A DNA stretch of 64,000 nt, from contig OY970194.1 of NCBI GenBank assembly GCA_963708075.1, positions 5,472,001 through 5,536,000 on the forward strand. The letters are read 5' to 3'. Positions 1 through 9,273 of this stretch are shown one piece after another. The position numbers and the translations under genes were made by a program. The notes beneath the pieces were generated by a model. The model did not search any database. It saw only the letters and a list, made by a program, of their open reading frames with translations, and was not told the DNA's origin. This DNA comes from Sedimentisphaerales bacterium. Its GTDB lineage: Bacteria > Planctomycetota > Phycisphaerae > Sedimentisphaerales > Anaerobacaceae. Each line of letters begins with the position of its first letter. Positions within the stretch are counted from its first letter, which is position 1.

Positions 1-4
1 CCTG

Positions 5-1849
5 ATGCAAGCGAATGGGCCTGTAATGGGACGGCTGTCGGCCGCACGTAGAGACCTTCTGCGCGGCGACTCCTGGTTTGCCGTGCTTATCTTCGCCGTG
101 GTCGGCGTGTTCATGTTCAGCCTCTTCGCGTCGGTCTGGAACAGCATCACGTTCCAGCGGGACGTGCGCAAGAAGGCCGGCGTGCAGCACCTTAAGGCGG
201 TGGGGACCGTGCTGGCCAAAGCGTCGGAGGCGTTGATGACCGTCAATGAGCTCTCGATGCTTCGGCGGGTGCTCGTCGAGGCCGGCACAGAGCACAAGCT
301 GAGATTCTGCCGGATCGTGCTGCCCGACGGCGGGGTGCTGGCCGACGCGGACCCCACGGGCATTACCGTGCTTCAGTTGCCTGCATCCTGGGCGGATGAG
401 GTCTCGCGGCCGACGGAGGACGTCAAGAAGAAGGTCGCGACTCTTACGTTTCCCTTGATTGTCACCAACCGTGGAAGCGCCACGCTGGAGCTTTCGGGGT
501 CACTCGATAGACAGGTGGAGGGCTCTCTGACGCCTCAGACGGCCCAGATGGCCATTGCGTGCCTGGCGCTGGCCAGCATGCTGCTGGTCCACCGTCACGC
601 GCGGTTCCGGCTGAAGGCCATCGGGGCCATTCAGGAGATCCTGCTGGCCGCCAAGGACGAGAGCTCGGACCTCTCGACGCTGGAGTTGGATCCGAAACTG
701 GGTGTCGAGGCGGTGGCCTGGAACCGGCTGCTGGGTGAGCGGCAGAACGTGCAGGTCAGCACGGCGATCCAGCAGGTGCGCGATATGGTGCACGAGAAGT
801 CCGGCACGGCGGGAGAACTGACGGCCGCCTTTGACGCCGTCCCGTACGGGCTGGTCTTTGTGAACGACCGGATGCAGGTGGAGCACGCCAACGGCGGCGC
901 CGCGGTGCTCCTGCAGAAGGAGCGGGCCCAAATGGTGCGCGCGGATATCTCCAGCGTGATCAGCGACGAGGGTGTGCTTGCGGGCGTGCGCGACATCCTG
1001 GCCAGTTCCACATCGAAGCGCCTGGTCATTGCCGCCGAGCAGGGCGGGTCCATGGCCAAGGGCGTGCTGAAGTACACCATCTGCCCGGTCCGGCGCGACG
1101 ACTCGCGTTTCGGACTGATCGCCATCGAGGACATTACGCAGCAGAGGGTGGCGGAGGCGGCGATGAATAGCTTCCTGGCCAAGGCGGCACACGAGCTGCG
1201 CACGCCGCTGACGAACGTCCGGCTGCTCGTCGAGGACGCCCTGGAGCGGTGCCAGGAGGACCCGACCTCCACGGGCAAGACCCTCAACGTGATCAACGAG
1301 GAGACGCAGCGCCTGGAGCGTACGGTGAACGAGATTCTCTCCGCTTCGCAGATCGAGGCGGGCTGCTTCGAGCTGCGCAACGACGACGTGCACATAGACC
1401 AGTTGCTCCAGCAGCTCAAGGCCGATCATGACCCGCAGGCGAAGGAACGCAAGATCACCCTGGAGTTCGAGCTGCCGCCCAAGCTCCCCGTTCTCCAGGC
1501 GGACCGTGACAAGATTTCCCTGGTGCTGCACAACCTGCTGGGCAACGCCCTGAAGTACACGCTGGAGGGCGGCCGCACCGTCGTTACCGCGACCGTGGAG
1601 AAGGGCCGGCTGAACGTCGCCGTTGCCGATACGGGCATCGGGATCGGCGCCGACGAGCACGAGCGGGTCTTCGAAAAGTTCTATCGGTGCAAGAACCCGC
1701 TGGCCGCCGATGTTAAGGGATCGGGCCTGGGTCTGGCGATCGCACGCGACGTGGCCAGGCTTCATGGCGGCGACATCACCCTGGAATCGGAGCTGGGCAA
1801 GGGCAGCACGTTCACCCTGACGCTGCCGATTGTCGAGGAGACCGCGTGA
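5..1849 (+). CDS. Membrane sensor histidine kinase (2 TM, PAS, HisKA, HATPase)
   Basis: H-box AHELRTPL, N-box NLLGNALKY, G1 DTGIGI, F-box FEKF, G2 GSGLGLAI; PAS-like segment with IEDIT; two hydrophobic segments. The start could alternatively be the ATG at 26. Confidence 0.93.
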   Translation: MQANGPVMGRLSAARRDLLRGDSWFAVLIFAVVGVFMFSLFASVWNSITFQRDVRKKAGVQHLKAVGTVLAKASEALMTVNELSMLRRVLVEAGTEHKLRFCRIVLPDGGVLADADPTGITVLQLPASWADEVSRPTEDVKKKVATLTFPLIVTNRGSATLELSGSLDRQVEGSLTPQTAQMAIACLALASMLLVHRHARFRLKAIGAIQEILLAAKDESSDLSTLELDPKLGVEAVAWNRLLGERQNVQVSTAIQQVRDMVHEKSGTAGELTAAFDAVPYGLVFVNDRMQVEHANGGAAVLLQKERAQMVRADISSVISDEGVLAGVRDILASSTSKRLVIAAEQGGSMAKGVLKYTICPVRRDDSRFGLIAIEDITQQRVAEAAMNSFLAKAAHELRTPLTNVRLLVEDALERCQEDPTSTGKTLNVINEETQRLERTVNEILSASQIEAGCFELRNDDVHIDQLLQQLKADHDPQAKERKITLEFELPPKLPVLQADRDKISLVLHNLLGNALKYTLEGGRTVVTATVEKGRLNVAVADTGIGIGADEHERVFEKFYRCKNPLAADVKGSGLGLAIARDVARLHGGDITLESELGKGSTFTLTLPIVEETA

Positions 1850-1850
1850 C

Positions 1851-2186
1851 ATGGAGCTACTGACGCAACAGCGAGGGGCCGTCGTGATCGTGCGGCCGAT
1901 GGGCCCGCTGACCAGCGCGGACGCGGAACCATTCAAGACGAAGGTTCGCGAGCTGATCCGGGAGAACCTGGGCCGTGTCGTGATCGACGCCTCGGCCCTG
2001 CCCTACGTGGACAGTGGCGGCCTGGAATCGCTGGCGGACGTGGCGGCCGAGCTGGCCCAGGGCGGCAAGGGACTGAAGGTCTGTGCCGCCAATCCGACGA
2101 TCCGGCAGGTGATCGAGCTGACCGGGCTGGCCCCCCAGTTCGAGCACTTTGACGACGCAAACTCGGCGGTGAGGAGCTTCCTGTGA
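1851..2186 (+). CDS. STAS-domain anti-sigma factor antagonist (SpoIIAA/RsbV-like)
   Basis: Motif ID.S.LPYVDSGGL..L with the phosphorylatable Ser; IRQVIELTGL; GAGGAG RBS before ATG 1851. Confidence 0.9.
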   Translation: MELLTQQRGAVVIVRPMGPLTSADAEPFKTKVRELIRENLGRVVIDASALPYVDSGGLESLADVAAELAQGGKGLKVCAANPTIRQVIELTGLAPQFEHFDDANSAVRSFL

Positions 2187-3949
2187 CCGTACGCGTGGCC
2201 GAATCCCGCTTTGGAGAGACACTCGTCGCGCAGGGCATCATTACCCAGGAGCAGCTCGACGGCATTCTGCTCGAGCAGAGGGCCAACGGCGGGCTCATCG
2301 GCGAGATGCTCGTCGCGCAGGGCATCGTGGATAGCTCCCGCATGCTCCAGCACCTGGCGGACCAGCTTGGCGTGCCGTTCTGCCAGTTGCGTCACGGGCT
2401 CGTGGATTTCTCCCTGCTCTCGTTGGTCAGTCCGGAGGAAGCGGAACGGCTTGAAGCTATTCCGATGTTCAAGGTCCACGACACGCTGACCGTCGCCATG
2501 GCGGAGCCGCAGTCGCTGCCGAGGATCGACAGGCTGCGCCAGTTGACCCACTGCAAAATCCGCCCCGTCCTGGCGTCACGCGCGAACATCCTTGAATACA
2601 TTCGCAAATACGCCTCCGGCAACACCGACGTGCACACGTTCCTCGCCTCGCTGAGCGAGAGCGAGGTGCAGGTTGTGGAGAGAGAGTCGGTGGACGACGG
2701 GCCGGCGACGGACCTGGACAAGATGGTCGAGGGCAGCCCGATCATCAACCTGGTGAACGTGGCGCTGCTGACGGCGATCAAGGACGGGGCCAGCGACATT
2801 CATATCGAGCCGGACAAGCAGGGGACACGCGTTCGCTACCGTATCGATGGCGTGCTGCGCGACCTGATGAAACCGCCGACGGGCCTTCACGCCGCCATCG
2901 TCTCGCGCGTCAAGGTCATCGGCCGGATGGACATCGCGGAGAAGCGGCTCCCGCAGGAGGGCCGCGTGCGGATCGTGGCGGAGGGCCGGGACATCGACCT
3001 TCGCGTCTCCAGCATGCCGACGCTGCTCGGCGAGAAGATCGTCCTCCGAATTCTCGACAAGGCCAACCTGAAGATCCGCATGGAGGACCTGGGCTTTCGG
3101 CGCGACACGCTGCAGGGCTTCGAGCGGATGCTGAGGCAGCCCTACGGCCTGGTCCTCGTGACGGGCCCGACCGGCAGCGGCAAGACCACGACCTTGTACT
3201 CGGCGCTGGACCTGATCCGCGGTCCCGAGGTCAATGTGATGACCGTCGAGGACCCGGTGGAGTACCAGCTCGACCTGGTCAACCAGATCCAGGTCCACGA
3301 GGCGATCGGGATGACGTTCGCCCGCGCGTTGCGAAGCATTCTGAGGCAGGACCCGGACATCATCATGGTGGGCGAGATCCGCGATGAGGAGACGGCGCGC
3401 GTGGCGGTGCAGGCGGCCCTGACCGGGCACGTGGTGCTGGCGACGCTGCATACGAACGACGCGCCCGGGGCGGTGGCCCGGCTATTGGATATGGGCATCG
3501 AGCCGTACCTGCTTTCCAGCGCCCTCAACGGCGTGGTCGCGCAGCGGCTGGCCCGAACGATCTGCCCGAACTGCGCCGCCAAGTACATCCCGGCGATGAC
3601 CGTGCTGCGGGACGCGGGGCTGGCGGACAAGCCGGGACGGCCCTTCCGCAAGGGCGCCGGCTGCAAGGAATGCCACAACTCGGGCTTCCGCGGCCGCGCC
3701 GGCATTTACGCGGTCATGGAAGTGACTACCGAGCTGCGAAAGCTGATTCACCGGGCGGCCCCCACGCACGAGCTTCGCGACGTGCTTCGAAAGAGCGGCG
3801 TGCTGACGCTCCGGGAGGAGGGAGTCTTGCTGGCCCTGGACGGCAAGACATGCCTGGAGGAGGTCCTCGCCACCACGCACAGCGAGGACACGAACGTCGA
3901 TGAGCCCAAGCCGGCGGCGGCCGTGACTGTGCCTTCGGAGGCCGTATGA
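2183..3949 (+). CDS. GspE/PilB-family secretion/pilus assembly ATPase
   Basis: ASDIHIEP, Walker A GPTGSGKTT, TVEDPVE, LRQDPDIIMVGEIRD, TGHVVLATLHTN, CPNC...CKEC zinc motif; N-terminal MshEN-like RFGETLVAQGII. Confidence 0.96.
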   Translation: MTVRVAESRFGETLVAQGIITQEQLDGILLEQRANGGLIGEMLVAQGIVDSSRMLQHLADQLGVPFCQLRHGLVDFSLLSLVSPEEAERLEAIPMFKVHDTLTVAMAEPQSLPRIDRLRQLTHCKIRPVLASRANILEYIRKYASGNTDVHTFLASLSESEVQVVERESVDDGPATDLDKMVEGSPIINLVNVALLTAIKDGASDIHIEPDKQGTRVRYRIDGVLRDLMKPPTGLHAAIVSRVKVIGRMDIAEKRLPQEGRVRIVAEGRDIDLRVSSMPTLLGEKIVLRILDKANLKIRMEDLGFRRDTLQGFERMLRQPYGLVLVTGPTGSGKTTTLYSALDLIRGPEVNVMTVEDPVEYQLDLVNQIQVHEAIGMTFARALRSILRQDPDIIMVGEIRDEETARVAVQAALTGHVVLATLHTNDAPGAVARLLDMGIEPYLLSSALNGVVAQRLARTICPNCAAKYIPAMTVLRDAGLADKPGRPFRKGAGCKECHNSGFRGRAGIYAVMEVTTELRKLIHRAAPTHELRDVLRKSGVLTLREEGVLLALDGKTCLEEVLATTHSEDTNVDEPKPAAAVTVPSEAV

Positions 3950-5175
3950 AACTGGCCTACAAAGCCTTCGATGGAACCGGAAAGACTGCCACGGGCATCA
4001 TCGAGGCGGATGACTCCATGACGGCGACGGAGACGCTGCGCCGCAGGGGCCTGTACGTCGCCGAGGTGATCGAGCAGAAAATGACGGTGGCCAGGCGGCA
4101 GTCGGGCCGGCGGCAGCGGCACATCTCCCGCAGCCAGAAGCTCAAGAGCATCGCCATGTTCTCCCGCCAGCTTAACGTGCTGATCTCCTCGGGAACGCAG
4201 ATCGTCGATGCGCTGCGTGCGGTGGAACGCCAGGCCCGGCCCGGACCATGGCGAGACGTCATCGACAGCCTGCGAACACGCGTGGAGGAGGGAGCCTCGC
4301 TGTCCGAGGCGATGCAGGATCACCACAACTATTTCGACGCGATCTACTGCAACCTGGTCGCCGCCGGAGAGTCCAGCGGACACCTGCGCGAGATGTTCGA
4401 CCGCCTGGCGCTGCTCAAGCAGAAGCAACTGAAGATCCGCAACTCGATCCTCGGGGCGATGATCTATCCCTGCATGCTCGTGACACTCGGGTTGTCCATC
4501 TTCGTCGGGCTGCTGCTCTTCGTCATTCCCCGGTTCTCGACCTTGTTCGAGACGATGGGTGTGCCGTTGCCCTCGAGCACCGCGGCGCTGTTGCACATCA
4601 GCACGGCGTTTCGCCACTTCTGGTGGGCGATCCTCCTGCTGCTCGGTGGAACGGTTTTCGGTGTGCGCTACTATCTGCGAACGCCCCGGGGCCGACGGTT
4701 CCGCGACGTGCTGGTCCTTCGCCTGCCATACCTCGGCCGCGTCGCCAGGAGTCTGTCGAGCGCCCAGACCATCTCTCTTCTGGGCGCGCTGCTGGACGCG
4801 AAGATTCCCGTGCTGGAAGCCCTGCGCCTGGTGCGGGGCACCGCGAGAAACGTCCTGTACCAGGAGCTGATCATGCAGGCGGAGGAATACGTGTCCAGAG
4901 GCGAGCCGATGAGCCAGGCCTTCGCGGACACTCCGCTGTTCACTCCGTCGATCTACGAGGCCATACGCAGCGGCGAGCACAGCGGCGAGATTGACCAGTT
5001 GCTGCTCCATGTCTCGAGCTTTCTGGATGAGGAGAACGAGACCATCCTCCGCTCGCTGACCAGCATCATCGAGCCGGTGATTCTGATCGTCATGGGCATC
5101 CTCGTCGGGCTGATCGCCGTCTGCATGTTCCTGCCCCTGTTCGATCTGACGGCAATGACACAAGGACAAACATAG
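3946..5175 (+). CDS. GspF/PilC-family inner-membrane platform protein
   Basis: FSRQL..LISSG, VEEGASLSEAM, AGESSGHL, AMIYP, GEHSGEI, IIEP..I...G..VGLI...MFLPLF. Confidence 0.95.
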   Translation: MKLAYKAFDGTGKTATGIIEADDSMTATETLRRRGLYVAEVIEQKMTVARRQSGRRQRHISRSQKLKSIAMFSRQLNVLISSGTQIVDALRAVERQARPGPWRDVIDSLRTRVEEGASLSEAMQDHHNYFDAIYCNLVAAGESSGHLREMFDRLALLKQKQLKIRNSILGAMIYPCMLVTLGLSIFVGLLLFVIPRFSTLFETMGVPLPSSTAALLHISTAFRHFWWAILLLLGGTVFGVRYYLRTPRGRRFRDVLVLRLPYLGRVARSLSSAQTISLLGALLDAKIPVLEALRLVRGTARNVLYQELIMQAEEYVSRGEPMSQAFADTPLFTPSIYEAIRSGEHSGEIDQLLLHVSSFLDEENETILRSLTSIIEPVILIVMGILVGLIAVCMFLPLFDLTAMTQGQT

Positions 5176-5186
5176 GCGTACTGACT

Positions 5187-6251
5187 ATGCGGATAGCTCG
5201 TCCATCGCGAACGGTCATCGGCCTGGACATCGGCCGGCGGACCATCAAGGCGGCGCAGTTGGCGCCGTCCGAAGGCGGATACCAGGTGTCCGCCCTGTCG
5301 CTGCTGCCGCGCCCGGAGCCGGAGAAGGGACTGTCCCGGGCCGACGCTGCGGCATTCCGAAAGGTCCTCGCCCGGCAGGGGTTCAGCGGCAAAAAGATTG
5401 TGGTCGCCGCGCCGGAGGAGCGCCTCGTGCGGGCCGCCCTGGAGCTGCCTTCCAAGGTCGCCGGCGCTCCCGTCGGGCAGATCGTGCGAATGGAGCTGTC
5501 ACGCCTGCACAACATCGCGCCGGATTCCTTTGAAATGACCTACTGGGAATGGCGGACTCCGGACGGGGCTAAGCCGATCACCCGGACCCTGGCGATTGGA
5601 TGTCCCCACGACGCGGCCAACGGGATCCTGGATCTCTTTGAGGTGGAGGGGTTCGACGTGGTCGCGCTGGACGCGCGAAGCGCAGCGACGGGGCGGGCCT
5701 GCGAGCCGCTCCTGTTGCCTGCCCCGCAGATCACGGCGATCGCGGATCTGGGCTGGTGCTCGACCAGCGTGCTGTTCGTATGCGGCCGCTCGCTCCTCTA
5801 CGAGAGGGTCCTGGAGGGGATCTCCATGGCCGAGCTGACGGGCAAGCTGACGGAAGTGTTCGGCATCACGTTGGAGGCCGCACAGCAGGTCGCCAATTCC
5901 GTCGGCCTCACCACGGACCAGCCGACTGGCGGCATCGACCGCGAGACGCTGGATGCCGTCGGCAAGCATCTTCGAAGCCACTTCGATAAGCTGCTCGATG
6001 AGCTGAAGGCGCCGTTCTCGTACGTGAACCATCAGTTCCCCGGGGAGGGGGTGAAGCGGCTGTTGTTGATCGGAGGCGGAGCAGCGGTCCCTCAGCTTTC
6101 CTCCTACATGCAGGGCCGGCTCAAGATTGACGTCCGGACCGCGGGACCGAGCGATCTGGCGAGCAGCCCGGTCGGACTGTTGGCCAAGGCGGGCAATCCG
6201 GCCATGACGATTGCGGTAGGCCTGGCGCGATTTGGAGGAGCCGGGGAATGA
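5187..6251 (+). CDS. pilM: PilM-like actin-fold pilus assembly protein
   Basis: IGLDIG...IKAAQL, ADLG, LLIGGGA, AVGLA; operon position. Confidence 0.88.
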   Translation: MRIARPSRTVIGLDIGRRTIKAAQLAPSEGGYQVSALSLLPRPEPEKGLSRADAAAFRKVLARQGFSGKKIVVAAPEERLVRAALELPSKVAGAPVGQIVRMELSRLHNIAPDSFEMTYWEWRTPDGAKPITRTLAIGCPHDAANGILDLFEVEGFDVVALDARSAATGRACEPLLLPAPQITAIADLGWCSTSVLFVCGRSLLYERVLEGISMAELTGKLTEVFGITLEAAQQVANSVGLTTDQPTGGIDRETLDAVGKHLRSHFDKLLDELKAPFSYVNHQFPGEGVKRLLLIGGGAAVPQLSSYMQGRLKIDVRTAGPSDLASSPVGLLAKAGNPAMTIAVGLARFGGAGE

Positions 6252-6865
6252 ACGATGTGAATCTTATACCCGCCGAACGGCTGGCCGCCAAGCGCCGCAA
6301 GGCGAGAATCTACTTGTGGGCGGTGACGTGCACAGCGTACATCGTTCTGCTGGCGGCAGGTTCGCTGGCCGCTTGTGTGTTCTGCCCCGGCCGGGATAGC
6401 GATCTGGCGGACCAGCTTGCCGCGGCCGCAGAGCAGATCAAGCAGGACAACAAGGCCATGCTGGAGCTGCGCAGGACACTGGCGGAAACGACCGCCGCAA
6501 TGGAAACTACACGGGCCATCCGCGAGCAGCCCGACTGGAGCAGGTTGCTGGCCGGACTGTCGCACGAGCTCGGCCAGGAGCTTGTCCTCACGCGCTGGCA
6601 GCTCGTGGCCACGAGGGAGGACGGCAAGGCTCTCACGGAACCCTGGACTGAGGCCCTTCTGGCCAAGCCGCTGCTCTCGCTGGTGACCACGCACCGATAC
6701 CAGTTGGTGCTCCAGGGTTTCGGCCAGACCCAGGAGTCGGTTTCCCGGTTTGCCCTGGGTCTGGAAGGGATCGGATTGTTCGAGCGGGTCCGGCTTATCA
6801 ATAGTTGCCGCCAGACATTTCTCAGCGGCCAGGCGGTGGCGTTTACGATCGAGTGTGGTTTTTAG
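6248..6865 (+). CDS. pilN: PilN-like protein
   Basis: N-terminal VNLIP (INLLP-like), one TM, coiled coil, L.LQGFG...V..F...LE...LF..V.L; follows pilM. Confidence 0.82.
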   Translation: MNDVNLIPAERLAAKRRKARIYLWAVTCTAYIVLLAAGSLAACVFCPGRDSDLADQLAAAAEQIKQDNKAMLELRRTLAETTAAMETTRAIREQPDWSRLLAGLSHELGQELVLTRWQLVATREDGKALTEPWTEALLAKPLLSLVTTHRYQLVLQGFGQTQESVSRFALGLEGIGLFERVRLINSCRQTFLSGQAVAFTIECGF

Positions 6866-6877
6866 AGGACATGCATC

Positions 6878-7465
6878 GTGCGTCGGATGTTTCCAGAGCG
6901 CTATAGCCGTTTGAAGATCGATGCAGCCGGAGTCGGCCTGTGTGCGGCGGCGTCGCTGCTGTTCTACTGGCTGACCATCCAGCCGTTTCTCCAGGGGCAG
7001 TCTCTCGCGGCCGAGCAGCGAAACGAGCTGAAAGCCCGCCAGGGCAAGACGGCCGAGTTCAAAGCGGCTATCGCCGACGTCCGGGCGCGGGTGACCGCCG
7101 TGCAGACGGACCTGGCGGCAAGCTCCATCCAGCTCGAGCCGGCGGCGCACATCAACAGACGCGTGGCCGGCCTGACGCAATTGTTCTCCGATTGCGAGCT
7201 GGACGTGGATGACGTGCAGACGGGACGTCTTTACAACGGCGTGCAGTATGATCTGGTTCCGATAACTGTTCTGGGGCGCGGGCCGTATGGACAGTGCGTC
7301 AAATTCTTCCGTGGGCTTCGCTCGCAGTTCCCGGATATGAGCATAGCTCGAATCGAGCTTTCCGGCAACGTCGCGAAGAAGGCGGAGGAAGGGACATTCC
7401 AGTTCGACTTACTCTGGTATGCCGCCCCGGACTCCGTCGCGCAGAAGGTCACGAGCGGTACATAA
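6878..7465 (+). CDS. PilO/GspM-like protein
   Basis: TM plus coiled coil, then P.TV..RGPY.....FF..L; follows pilN. Confidence 0.75.
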   Translation: MRRMFPERYSRLKIDAAGVGLCAAASLLFYWLTIQPFLQGQSLAAEQRNELKARQGKTAEFKAAIADVRARVTAVQTDLAASSIQLEPAAHINRRVAGLTQLFSDCELDVDDVQTGRLYNGVQYDLVPITVLGRGPYGQCVKFFRGLRSQFPDMSIARIELSGNVAKKAEEGTFQFDLLWYAAPDSVAQKVTSGT

Positions 7466-7491
7466 GACGCAACGCTGGAGAAATGACGGCA

Positions 7492-8013
7492 ATGGCTTTG
7501 ACAAAACGTCAAAAGACACTCATAGCGGTTTTCTTCCTGGGCCTCATCGGCCTGGGGGTGGATCGCGTTTTCCTTCGTCCACAGGGCGGCCCTGATGCGG
7601 CGTCCGCCGATTCGTCCGATAATTATGCCGTGCCCCTCTCGCCGGCCCGGGAGGCTCCCTCCCCGGCTGCGGAGGCGCAGGACCCGGGCGTGGGCGAGCG
7701 GTTGGAACAGATCTGGCCGGACCGCGAACTGAACACTGTGGAGGCAAGGGACCCCTTCTCTCTGGCCGGCTCATGGTCTGACGGCAAGGCGACCGGGCCC
7801 TCCGCCACGCCGGAGTCCGCGGAAGCGTTCGCCAGGGCCCATCCGCTTGCGGCGGTTGTCGTCTCCGGCCGGCAGTCCTATATCTCGATCGACGACCGCA
7901 TCCTGAAACTGGGAGAGCAGATCGAAGGGTACACACTCGTCTCGGTAGGGACAAAGTCCGCGGTCTTCGAGCGGCAGGGAGAACGCATCGTCCTGGAGTT
8001 GCTGAGTAAGTAG
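7492..8013 (+). CDS. Single-TM pilus/T2SS accessory protein (PilP/GspC-like)
   Basis: N-terminal TM, RDPF motif, C-terminal IDDRILKLGEQIEGYTLVSV beta domain. The start could be 7483. Confidence 0.62.
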   Translation: MALTKRQKTLIAVFFLGLIGLGVDRVFLRPQGGPDAASADSSDNYAVPLSPAREAPSPAAEAQDPGVGERLEQIWPDRELNTVEARDPFSLAGSWSDGKATGPSATPESAEAFARAHPLAAVVVSGRQSYISIDDRILKLGEQIEGYTLVSVGTKSAVFERQGERIVLELLSK

Positions 8014-8100
8014 ATTTACTTAAGTGCCTTTGCGATTGTGTCGATACCTGGGAAGTCGAGGAGAGTTCCAACAAAGTAGACGTGCTTAGGAGAAATACGC

Positions 8101-8577
8101 ATGAGAGAGCGCAGACGCACAATGAGAGATGGATTCAGCTTGCTTGAGGTAGTCATCGTGGTTGCCATCATCGCGATTCTGGCGGCGATCGGCATTCCGC
8201 GCATGAGCCGGGGCTCCAAGGGCGCCAACGATTCCGCGCTGAGCGGGGACCTGGCGGTGCTCCGTAATGCGATCGACCTTTACGCGGCCGAGCACGGCGG
8301 CGCCATGCCGGACGCGGCCACCATCGCGGATCAACTGATCAAGTACACGAATGCAAGCGGCGGCACCAGTGACACCAAGGACGCTGCGCACATCTATGGC
8401 CCCTACATTCGAAAGATTCCGCCGCTGCCCGTGGGAGCCAAGAAGACCAAGAGCGGCATTTCCGACGTCACCGGCGCCGAGATCGGGTGGATCTATACTG
8501 CCAGTACCGGGAACATCAAGGCCAATACGACGGCCACCGAGTTGGATGACGCGAGCGTCCTGTACAGCGATTATTGA
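8101..8577 (+). CDS. Major pilin/pseudopilin (GspG/PilA-like)
   Basis: Class III signal RDG|FSLLEVVIVVAIIAILAAIGIP; LRNAIDLY..EHGG; AGGAG RBS. Confidence 0.9.
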   Translation: MRERRRTMRDGFSLLEVVIVVAIIAILAAIGIPRMSRGSKGANDSALSGDLAVLRNAIDLYAAEHGGAMPDAATIADQLIKYTNASGGTSDTKDAAHIYGPYIRKIPPLPVGAKKTKSGISDVTGAEIGWIYTASTGNIKANTTATELDDASVLYSDY

Positions 8578-8658
8578 GCCGGCATAGAACCCTTCGCGCG
8601 GATGGATGCCAGGGTTTCACGGCTCCTGAAGCTTGTGCCCGGTTGATATCAGCTTGAG

Positions 8659-8693
8659 TCGGGCTGCTGCCGAAGTCATCGGCAGCGGCCCGA
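8659..8693 (+). terminator. 15-bp GC-rich hairpin after the major pilin gene (terminator or mRNA stabiliser)
   Basis: TCGGGCTGCTGCCGA-agtca-TCGGCAGCGGCCCGA with one G-U pair; no strong U-tract. Confidence 0.5.
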
Positions 8694-8775
8694 TCCTCAT
8701 TCTCGGACAGGGTATCCTCCACGTTCACGGGCAGGCCCGTACCCCTCCAAAGATCCGCCAATACGCAGGAACCCA

Positions 8776-9273
8776 ATGACGAAATTCGAAGTTCGAAATT
8801 CGAAATTCGGAATTGCAGCCGGCAGCGGCTTCAGCTTGCTGGAGCTCGTTCTCGTGGCGGGGATTATCGCCGTTGCAGCGGCGATGGCCATCCCGCGCTA
8901 CGGTGCAGCCGCCGGTCGCCACAAGGCCGATCTGGCCGCCAGGCGCGTGGCGGCGGACCTGCGCCAGGCGCAGTTGTACGCCAGGACGATCAGCAACTCC
9001 TGCACCGTCGTCTTCACCCCGGCGACGAGCACGTACCAGCTCACGGATGTTCCCGCGCTCGATGACCGCGAGGGTACATACATCGTGGATCTGAGACGGC
9101 CGCCGTATGAGGCGAGTATCGTTTCTGCAAGTTTCGGTGACACGGCCGCTCAGCAGGTTGTCTTCAGCGGATGGGGACTGCCCGACGTGGCGGGTACGGT
9201 TGTCGTAGCCGTCGGCTCCGAGCAAAGGACGATTTCTTTGGACGGCCGGACGGGGCAGGTGAGCATTCAATGA
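8776..9273 (+). CDS. Minor pilin (GspH/FimT-like)
   Basis: G|FSLLELVLV..II...AAMAIPR; A..V..DLRQAQ..A; VVF...G; TG.V C-terminus. Confidence 0.85.
   Translation: MTKFEVRNSKFGIAAGSGFSLLELVLVAGIIAVAAAMAIPRYGAAAGRHKADLAARRVAADLRQAQLYARTISNSCTVVFTPATSTYQLTDVPALDDREGTYIVDLRRPPYEASIVSASFGDTAAQQVVFSGWGLPDVAGTVVVAVGSEQRTISLDGRTGQVSIQ

Noticed and set aside
500..1936. Long antisense or alternate-frame ORFs (e.g. 500-1936, 3748-5169, 12724-13815, 13816-15180, 15545-16891, 17824-19122, 25865-27421, 28681-30171, 52667-55132)
   Set aside because: They shadow well-supported genes, lack recognisable motifs and are expected from high-GC codon bias.
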